A stretch of 64,000 nt of DNA from a virus, in IMG/VR virus record IMGVR_UViG_3300009509_000031, positions 29,822 through 93,821 of that record; one strand, given 5' to 3'. The notes under the pieces are model-generated. The model had not been told where the DNA came from, searched no databases, and saw only the letters and a list, made by a program, of their open reading frames with translations. Position 1 is the stretch's first letter; every line of letters starts with the position of its first letter. Position numbers and translations under genes: made by a program. This document shows positions 47,995-55,402 of the stretch, piece after piece.

Positions 47995-48252
47995 TTAGTC
48001 GTTAACAATGATTCCCTTGATCTCAAGTGCAGTTTTCAGCTCATAAAGCAATGCAGACCAAGTATCTGCTAATTGGCATTGCATATCGTTCGGATCTTCA
48101 TGCCGTGCAATCCATGCCCCAAAAGCTTCACTTAGATATTCGGTTAAACCGTCAATGTCACAATGACCGTTAACAACGTATCTACGAATAAACGCTGACA
48201 CATGCCGCTTACTTGCCGCGTTTGGTCTGTTACTACGTTTACCAAGTGCCAT
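47995..48252 (-). CDS. Hypothetical early protein
   Basis: GAAAGGCGG RBS. Confidence 0.65.
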   Translation of the reverse strand: MALGKRSNRPNAASKRHVSAFIRRYVVNGHCDIDGLTEYLSEAFGAWIARHEDPNDMQCQLADTWSALLYELKTALEIKGIIVND

Positions 48253-48274
48253 TGTTTCCGCCTTTCGTGTTTGG

Positions 48275-48332
48275 TTTGAATGCTCCATTGAACCAACCCG
48301 GCATTGCCGGGTTAGCTCTAGCAGGATTCAAA
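48275..48332 (-). promoter_or_regulatory. Conserved stem-loop H4
   Basis: UUUGAAUCCU-GCUA-GAGCUAACCCGGC...GCCGGGUUGGUUC-AAUGG-AGCAUUCAAA. Confidence 0.7.
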
Positions 48333-48510
48333 CTCGTTTACAGCCGGCTTTCTTGAAAGCCTTTTTAGCTGCAGCAAGAAACGCTTCAGCGTTTGAACAC
48401 GGTTGAATGTGCCGATCGTGGCACTGTGCAACACACTGTTCAACAATCACACCGTTAATGATTCTCTTCTTAGGTGCTTCAACCGGGTTACCACAGATGA
48501 AACAATTCAT
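48328..48510 (-). CDS. First early gene, small Cys/His protein
   Basis: CFIC...CVAQCH; GAAAGGTG RBS. Confidence 0.6.
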   Translation of the reverse strand: MNCFICGNPVEAPKKRIINGVIVEQCVAQCHDRHIQPCSNAEAFLAAAKKAFKKAGCKRV

Positions 48511-48785
48511 GGTGTTCACCTTTCTGTTAGTTGTTTCTTTCAGCGTTCACAGATTGTAAACACTGAAAGAAGCAACTAAGTTGCTTCTGTGTATTGGGGC
48601 CATCTACCGGTTGTTTTGGTTCCAAGTTGGTCTTTGTGTGGTAGCGTTCAGCCGGTGTTACAAGTCTTTGCTAGCCCTTACCAGGTGACAAGGAAAGCAT
48701 TTCAGCTAACCCCTGGGGATGCGTCCAAATCCCTCTCTCAGCCCTACCATCGTACCTGTTGCCCTTGGTTGCCCCGTTAACCGTC

Positions 48786-48842
48786 TATTCAGTTTTCAAT
48801 GTTCAACATACTCAGAATAGTATGTACCACTATACCGGTCAA
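48786..48842 (-). promoter_or_regulatory. Sigma70-type early promoter followed by boxA-like antitermination motif
   Basis: TTGACC-17nt-TATTCT (48842-48814), AT-rich upstream; GAACATTGAAAACTGAATA at 48804-48786. Confidence 0.7.
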
Positions 48843-49078
48843 CACTTTATTTTTAGCTCTAAAATACGAGTCATTTTTTACATTTAGAAATCATGTTGAA
48901 AAGTGTAGTAAAGATTACAAATGCAGTCTTTTTCAACTGCATGTTTTATAATCGTTTTTAGCTCTAATTTTTATTACAACTAACAGAAACAGCTTAAAAC
49001 CAGCCTAGCGAAAAGAATATATTTTTGTAACATTCCTTACAAAAATGTCGTTTTTTTAAGGTTCTCAGCTGATCAATC

Positions 49079-49174
49079 TGTAGCTCTGAGAGGCTTTCTA
49101 AGGCAGTTTTGCCGGGTAAGGTAACTCTGGGCTATTTCAGATAGAAAAAGCCCGGATTCCAGGGCTGAGATAGG
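49079..49174 (-). repeat. ~96 bp element, inverted homologue of 20241-20340
   Basis: Reverse complement reads CCTATCTCAGCC...GCCTTAGAAAGCCTCTCAGAGCTACA. Confidence 0.7.
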
Positions 49175-49198
49175 TCAAAATGAAAGGAACGGCTACGG

Positions 49199-50947
49199 TT
49201 AGTAGGTCCGATCCATGGGCCGATTAGCCCAATCTAGAAATCTTCCGGTTGCACCATCAAACCACAACAAGCATTCCCCGCCAGATCGAAACCTAGCAGC
49301 GTCAAACCGGATCAAAGTTTTAGGCTCTAACACTTCATTTTCTGCCGTTGAGTCCAGATCACCTTCAAGACTTGCGGGTATTGGCTTACGGTGCAATAAG
49401 GCGATCCAGTCTGCATCAGCTGGAATAGAAGAGCTGTCTTTGATGTCATCATAGGTAATGATTCGGCCACTACCTACTTTTTTTGGTTGAGCTATCAAAC
49501 ACGTTACCATCCCCATTTCTTCAGATAGCATTTTGAACGATCGGGTTACTTGACCGATTTCTGTTGTTACATACTTTAGCGATCGACAAAGAAAATGAAG
49601 ATGATCAAAAAGTAGAAACTTGATCCCGTATCGTCTAACAGCTTCCCGGATCTTATCAAACACACTTTCAACAGATTGTGTTCCAGACCAATCCGGTTCA
49701 ATAAAGTACAAGGGGATACTTCGGATCATGTAACGAGCAACAGCAAAGTCTGCATTTGTCAGATCATCAACCGGTTTGTTACGAAGGATAGAAGTAAGCT
49801 TATCACCTAGCCTCTCAACACTCATTTCAAGGCAATGGATACAACTAGGGATACCATGTTGAGCAAGATATAACGCTTCATTCAAACCTAGCGTTGTTTT
49901 ACCAACCTTAATCTTTGCTGATAGAACCCACAAATCACCCGGTTGAAACCCCTTCCCGATAAGTGCATTTACCCTATCCCATGGTGTTAGTAACCCGTGA
50001 TCACCAACTTCATCCCGTTGCCTACAACGAAGCAACACATCGGCAGCTGTTACAATCCCGCCAACTTCAAATTTCTCAGCATTCGTTTCAAACGCGGTTA
50101 CTAACGTTTCTTCCCCATAAGCAACTAAACATTCGTTTGCATCATGGGCGGGTAACATCACATTGTAACAACGATCAAACCCTAGCCGCCTTGCTGCAGC
50201 TCTTGCACCCTGTTGACCAACAGGATCGGCATCAAGGGCTATTAGGATTTTTTCTTTATCACATAGCAATTCAAACCATTCATCAAGTAACGTATCTGCA
50301 CCACACGTTAAGGCAATGACGTTTTTGATTCCAGCTTGCCAACATGAAATAGCATCAAGTTCTGCTTCAACAATCACAACATCATCAAAATCAGCTAGAG
50401 CATCCGCGTTGAACAAAACGGATGCTGCCCCTTTTATACGTCTAAACGCCTTATCATGTGGCGGTAGCGATCTAAACTTTACGTTATGACAGATATCGTC
50501 ATTAATATGGGGAATTGCTAACCAGGTTATTCCATACTTTTTTTGCAACCCAAGTTTAAAGTGTTTGATTGTGTCAACGGTAAAGCCACGTTTCTTACAA
50601 TACGCTAAACCGCGTTTATTCCCCAACAGCTGCTTATGCCATTTTTCAACGAAGGATAACGAAACAGTCTTTACTTGTTTTACTTCACTATCAAATCCAG
50701 TAGCTGAAGCTGCACTTTTAACATGCTTTAAATCTCCGAGTTCTCGCTTCAGTCTGTATAGGTTACCTCGCGCCTTACAATGCCAACAGTGATACAGGGT
50801 TCGTTTTGCATCAATCCAAAACTTGTATTTGCTTCTTCCACAAAACGGACACGTTTTAACAGCAATATCTTTCGGAGATCCTTGTGCCGGTTTCCATTGC
50901 CATTTTTTTAATGTTAGATACTGCCGAAGTTCAGCTTTAACTTCCAT
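49199..50947 (-). CDS. Primase-helicase (T7 gp4/Twinkle-like)
   Basis: CPFC..CWHC Zn finger; TOPRIM VEAELD and DAD; SF4 helicase VGKTT, LEMS, FDHLH, IAQP, DIKDSSSI..DAD. Confidence 0.93.
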   Translation of the reverse strand: MEVKAELRQYLTLKKWQWKPAQGSPKDIAVKTCPFCGRSKYKFWIDAKRTLYHCWHCKARGNLYRLKRELGDLKHVKSAASATGFDSEVKQVKTVSLSFVEKWHKQLLGNKRGLAYCKKRGFTVDTIKHFKLGLQKKYGITWLAIPHINDDICHNVKFRSLPPHDKAFRRIKGAASVLFNADALADFDDVVIVEAELDAISCWQAGIKNVIALTCGADTLLDEWFELLCDKEKILIALDADPVGQQGARAAARRLGFDRCYNVMLPAHDANECLVAYGEETLVTAFETNAEKFEVGGIVTAADVLLRCRQRDEVGDHGLLTPWDRVNALIGKGFQPGDLWVLSAKIKVGKTTLGLNEALYLAQHGIPSCIHCLEMSVERLGDKLTSILRNKPVDDLTNADFAVARYMIRSIPLYFIEPDWSGTQSVESVFDKIREAVRRYGIKFLLFDHLHFLCRSLKYVTTEIGQVTRSFKMLSEEMGMVTCLIAQPKKVGSGRIITYDDIKDSSSIPADADWIALLHRKPIPASLEGDLDSTAENEVLEPKTLIRFDAARFRSGGECLLWFDGATGRFLDWANRPMDRTY

Positions 50948-50983
50948 AGTGTGATCCGCTTAACTGGAATCTGGAAATGAAAC

Positions 50984-51025
50984 GGGGATCGGGAATTGTT
51001 GTTACCTGCTACAATTCCCGATCCC
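50984..51025 (-). terminator. Terminator-like hairpin
   Basis: GGGGATCGGGAATTGT...ACAATTCCCGATCCCC then GTTTCATTT on the minus strand. Confidence 0.65.
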
Positions 51026-51035
51026 CAATTATACG

Positions 51036-53405
51036 TTACTTAGATTTTCTCTTTTTGCTTTTCTCTTTCTTCTTACCCTTGCTTGTAGTCTTTGTTTTCT
51101 TCTTATCAGCTTTATCTTTCGTACCCTTTTTCTTATCTTTCGTTCCAGCTGTACCAAACTTCTTATTCTGCACCTTCGTAATTGCCTTGATCAAATCATC
51201 AGAGGTTCCGATACGAACAGGATCCTTGATACCAAGTACACCGGCGACCATAACCAACACGGTTCTCTTCATCGCCTTCAACTGCTTACCGGTATACGGC
51301 AACTCAGAAGCGATCTGTTTTCGCTTTGCTTCCTTTTCTTCCTCTTTCGAGTTTTTTACATCCTTTGCCTTTTTCTTCCCTGTCTTTGTTTCAGGCTTCT
51401 TCTTACCCTTGCTTGTAGTCTTTGTTTTCTTCTTTGGTTTTTCTTCCTCTACTTCCTCATCATCATCCTCACCATCATCCTCAGCATCATCTTCATCATC
51501 ATCTTCATCATCATCCTCATCATCATCACCATCTAGTTCTTCATCATCATCTTCATCATCCCCATCCCCATCATCATCTTCATCATCTTCATCATCTTCA
51601 TCATCCCCATCATCATCTTCTTCATCTTCATCATCCCCATCCCCATCATCATCCTCATCTTCTTCATCTTCATCACCATCTAGCTCTTCATCATCCCCAT
51701 CCCCATCCTCATCTTCTTCTTCATCCTCAAACTCATCATCATCCCCATCATCATCCTCATCAGTTTCTGCAGCTGCAGCAATGGGCTTGAACTTTGCCGA
51801 ACAATAGGGACAAACCTTTAGCCCATCAATAATATCAGAAAAACAAGCACCACAAGTATAGCTTTCAAACGTCTTATCTTTTGCTAGTTCCCGCTTAATC
51901 AATTTCTTCAGCTTCTTTACAGTTGCCCCTTTTGGGACCTTGATCCCAAGCTGTTTACACCCGGCTTTAAGCGTATCAATCGTAATTGCTACTTGTTCAA
52001 CTGGCATTGTTCCAATCTCCCTGTGTTTATACGGCAACACCATTTCTTTAACAGGATACAGCTGCCGTATGTTGTACTTTTTCGCTTTTAGTTTGTTAAC
52101 TGAATTATCAAACAAGTAATACAGTGTTGCAGATTCTTTTCCATCATATGGCCTAACGATCCTACCTCGCATTTGTTTAAACCGGTACATCTTACGGCCA
52201 GCAGATGCACAAGTCATAATACCAACATCAAGTGGCGGAATATCGATCGCCTTTTCTGCAACAGTTGTTCCGATTCCAATTTCAATTGATCCGTCGTTTA
52301 ACCCTGCTTCAGTACCATCAGCCTCTCTTTTGTATTGTTTTGTCCCTATTAGCAATCCAGCGTTGTACCCGTTTGCTATAAGGGCACGTTTTAGGCGTTT
52401 ACAATGATCAACACGATCACTCCAGATTAATACTCGCTTTCCGTTGTCCACCTCTCTTTTAGCTAGTGTCAAAATGAGCTTATTACGTTGTCTATCTTCA
52501 ACTAGCTCATCAAGTACCCCGTTCCATTCTCGTAACAAAGACTTAATCGATCCTTGACTATATACAAAACCTGTTGGCACTAATACAATAGATACCGGAA
52601 CCTCCAGAGCATTTGTTGCCAACCTCCAACCCCTTGGTCCAAATGTGTCGTAAAGAAGAAACTCCCGCTCATCTCTTCTGCGTTCATCATCACTGGCACC
52701 AAGCCGAACAGCTGCAGGCATGTTATTAACAACTTCTGACAATGTTGGTGCAGCAAATCGATCAACCTCATCACAGATAACGCACCCATAACGATATTTT
52801 AGTTCTGCAAGCCTGTTTCTTACGGAACCAACCATCCCGACAACAATCGGACGATCCAAAACAGGCTTAGTATACGCACCACCAACACCACCGGGCCAAA
52901 AATCAAAATATTTAGCGATCCGTTTGACCCAAGTTTTTTGTTGCCTCTCTTGCCAAACTAATACGAGTGTTGGTTGACTAAAGTGTGCAGCTGTTACTAG
53001 CAGCATTTCAGTTTTACCAGATCCACAAGGTGCACGAATCACCGTTTGCTGCCGGCGAATCATCCTATCAACACCAGGTTTCTGATAGTCTCTTAAAGTA
53101 ATTTGACAGTTCAAATCAATTTTTGGTAGCCACAACCGTTGATCAACAATTTCATAATCAAGATTCAACAACCGAAATAGACGAACAACCGGACCTAGTG
53201 AACCGCGCCAAAGAATTAAATGGCTGTCCGTTTCTTGCCACGTTCTAATCTTTGGGGTTAACCCGTCTGTTGGTAGGCATTGCCGTTTTAGTTGACGATA
53301 CTTCGGATCGGCATAAGTACACGTTGCCTTGATCCTATCTATTACAGGATCAGGTAAATCCGCCTTACAGATCCTAAGCTTACTTTCAACGTGTATTCGG
53401 ATCAT
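51036..53405 (-). CDS. SF2 (UvsW/Rad25-like) helicase fused to Zn-ribbon, acidic tract and Lys-rich C-terminal region
   Basis: LRDYQ, APCGSGKT, DEVD, QMRGRIVR; CGAC..CPYC; long D/E tract. Confidence 0.88.
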   Translation of the reverse strand: MIRIHVESKLRICKADLPDPVIDRIKATCTYADPKYRQLKRQCLPTDGLTPKIRTWQETDSHLILWRGSLGPVVRLFRLLNLDYEIVDQRLWLPKIDLNCQITLRDYQKPGVDRMIRRQQTVIRAPCGSGKTEMLLVTAAHFSQPTLVLVWQERQQKTWVKRIAKYFDFWPGGVGGAYTKPVLDRPIVVGMVGSVRNRLAELKYRYGCVICDEVDRFAAPTLSEVVNNMPAAVRLGASDDERRRDEREFLLYDTFGPRGWRLATNALEVPVSIVLVPTGFVYSQGSIKSLLREWNGVLDELVEDRQRNKLILTLAKREVDNGKRVLIWSDRVDHCKRLKRALIANGYNAGLLIGTKQYKREADGTEAGLNDGSIEIGIGTTVAEKAIDIPPLDVGIMTCASAGRKMYRFKQMRGRIVRPYDGKESATLYYLFDNSVNKLKAKKYNIRQLYPVKEMVLPYKHREIGTMPVEQVAITIDTLKAGCKQLGIKVPKGATVKKLKKLIKRELAKDKTFESYTCGACFSDIIDGLKVCPYCSAKFKPIAAAAETDEDDDGDDDEFEDEEEDEDGDGDDEELDGDEDEEDEDDDGDGDDEDEEDDDGDDEDDEDDEDDDGDGDDEDDDEELDGDDDEDDDEDDDEDDAEDDGEDDDEEVEEEKPKKKTKTTSKGKKKPETKTGKKKAKDVKNSKEEEKEAKRKQIASELPYTGKQLKAMKRTVLVMVAGVLGIKDPVRIGTSDDLIKAITKVQNKKFGTAGTKDKKKGTKDKADKKKTKTTSKGKKKEKSKKRKSK

Positions 53406-53532
53406 GGGCTGCAGTCAAAACCAACTGCAGCACCTAACCATAAGCCTAGACTGATTGCAAGGAATTTGTTTTAAGGTAAGAGTTAAAACCAAAAGGTAAG
53501 GTATGGTTTTCAGTATAAGAGATCAAAATAGT

Positions 53533-54108
53533 TTAATTAGGGTTGTTACGAATAACAGCCCGTCTTGTTTGCTTCACTTCATCCATCAACTTTTTAAACT
53601 CTGATCGCTGTTCTCGCTTTAGCTCTGCGGCCATCTTTTTTACACACTTCTTAATTTCTTCATCCTGTCTAACAGCGATCACCCTATGCGTGTATTCAAC
53701 CTCTCTTTTTACCTCTCTAACCAAATTCTTTCTGTGCTGTTGTGCTTCAGCTTTCGTTTCAAGCCGTGCTCTTTCACCGGACTGTAAATGAATTGTTTGG
53801 TTGTCCATATGCGAAACAACCGAATAATGGTGTTGCCAATAAAAAGCAAGCACTGCAGAGATCCCAACCAAAAGAGTTCCGCTAATTGTCAACGCAAACT
53901 TTAGTAATGTACCTCTGGCTAAAACAACGGGCAAGGGTACAAGGGGGCCGCCACCATCCGATCCGGATCCGCTAGACGATCCACCAGGTGATCCACCACC
54001 CGGATCACCTTTTAAACTATATCCATCAGTAGGGTTCTTTTTTCTAGGTGATAGTTTATTGCCAGTTGCTTCTGTTTGCGGAGACATCAGGATATACCCT
54101 CTCATCAT
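53533..54108 (-). CDS. Single-TM coiled-coil protein (lysis-cluster candidate)
   Basis: Gly/Ser linker, TM LLKFALTISGTLLVGISAVLAFYW, coiled coil. Confidence 0.6.
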   Translation of the reverse strand: MMRGYILMSPQTEATGNKLSPRKKNPTDGYSLKGDPGGGSPGGSSSGSGSDGGGPLVPLPVVLARGTLLKFALTISGTLLVGISAVLAFYWQHHYSVVSHMDNQTIHLQSGERARLETKAEAQQHRKNLVREVKREVEYTHRVIAVRQDEEIKKCVKKMAAELKREQRSEFKKLMDEVKQTRRAVIRNNPN

Positions 54109-54578
54109 TGCAAACCCCGGTCTGCAGCAACACAGATCCCCCCTGCAACAACGGCTCCCCCAACGAATGAAATGTAATGCCAGATAGGGTTAGGACATTT
54201 TTTTGATTCAATGGCCTTTGTATAAATTTCCCGTTGCCTCTCTCTATCACGATTACAAGCATCCGCTTTTGATTGTTCTGCCTGAATTCGTGCCGTACAC
54301 ACTGCATCAGCTGCCTTAGACTCAACGGCATTTTTTCGTGTTAGTCTTTCAACCTCTAAGTTAAGTAATTTGATCTCTTTTTCGTGGTCTGTTTTTATTT
54401 TTGCCAACAAACCATCTGTAATCAAAACACCGTTAAACGGTGCTTTATCCCCCTTCACCATCCTGTGGTTTTTCATTTCCGGATTCGTCGGCTGTTGTTG
54501 AGCTATCGCTGCCCTTGAAACCATCAAGCCAAGCGTCAATATTAGCAGGGTTACCAGCCATCGCTGTAAACGCATCAC
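54105..54578 (-). CDS. Exported coiled-coil protein with C-terminal hydrophobic segment (spanin-like candidate)
   Basis: Signal peptide ending AAIA; coiled coil; C-terminal FVGGAVVAGGICVAA. Confidence 0.55.
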   Translation of the reverse strand: MMRLQRWLVTLLILTLGLMVSRAAIAQQQPTNPEMKNHRMVKGDKAPFNGVLITDGLLAKIKTDHEKEIKLLNLEVERLTRKNAVESKAADAVCTARIQAEQSKADACNRDRERQREIYTKAIESKKCPNPIWHYISFVGGAVVAGGICVAADRGLQ

Positions 54579-54846
54579 TTGCCTCTTTCTCGATCCGATT
54601 CACATTATCATTATACCATATACCAAGGGCTTTAAGCTTTGATGCTAATGTGTCTTGTTGTTCTTTTAACGTAGCAGTCAACACTTTTTCTGCAGCTAGT
54701 TCTTCTTCCAATCGTTTTGAAGCTGAAGTGTCTAGTTCTGCGTTATAGGATTTTCCACTGTTCCGCGTTACAAGCCAAAACAAAAACAAGAACAGCCCTT
54801 GACACGCCACAACAATTAGCAGTATCCAATACCACGCCATTATCAA
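54445..54846 (-). CDS. N-terminal TM plus coiled coil (i-spanin-like candidate)
   Basis: WYWILLIVVACQGLFLFLFWLV then helical; overlaps next gene by 134 nt. Confidence 0.55.
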   Translation of the reverse strand: MIMAWYWILLIVVACQGLFLFLFWLVTRNSGKSYNAELDTSASKRLEEELAAEKVLTATLKEQQDTLASKLKALGIWYNDNVNRIEKEASDAFTAMAGNPANIDAWLDGFKGSDSSTTADESGNEKPQDGEGG

Positions 54847-55358
54847 CCCCCATTAACCTTTTCTGAGTATTCCTTACCTAGCAACCCGCGTTTAATAAAG
54901 TCATTAACAAAGGCAGCTGCAGGACCACTAAACAACACAGCAACAGCTGCATTCCACGATAGATCAGCTTGCAACTTACTAAGCACCATAGCCGCAACAG
55001 ACAATACAGGAACGATGATCCAAAGTGCGCGCTTTGGAATCTTTTTCATAAAATCAAGCCGCTTTCTACCAAACTTAATTAGGAACATTACGAACCAAAT
55101 TACACCAGCAGAAAAAGCAAACCACTGTTTTGCTTTTGCTTGTTCAACAAGCTTTTTTCCAGAATCAATCGCTTCACCAACATCTTTAGGAACTTGATCA
55201 GGTACGACCGGTTCATCTGTTGCAGCTGTAGCCGGCTGGCTTGATGGCGCGGTTACAGCTGCATCTTTTTTTAGTCCTGCATCAACAGCCAAAGCAGGGG
55301 TTACATAGGCACATCCGATAACAACAACAGTAATGAACAACGTTCTAAGTTTCAACAT
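54843..55358 (-). CDS. Multi-TM membrane protein (holin candidate)
   Basis: Signal-like N-terminus plus three hydrophobic helices; GGAGG RBS. Confidence 0.6.
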   Translation of the reverse strand: MLKLRTLFITVVVIGCAYVTPALAVDAGLKKDAAVTAPSSQPATAATDEPVVPDQVPKDVGEAIDSGKKLVEQAKAKQWFAFSAGVIWFVMFLIKFGRKRLDFMKKIPKRALWIIVPVLSVAAMVLSKLQADLSWNAAVAVLFSGPAAAFVNDFIKRGLLGKEYSEKVNGG

Positions 55359-55402
55359 GCTACCTCCAATTACGTTAGAGTCACAAAGATTAGTAACCTG
55401 TT

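Noticed and set aside
42781-48332. Repeated palindromic units as a CRISPR array
   Set aside because: Copies are separated by whole genes, stems vary in sequence, there are no regular spacers and no cas genes
48520-49198. tRNA genes in the large intergenic gaps
   Set aside because: No cloverleaf with T-loop GTTCRA and acceptor stem found by eye
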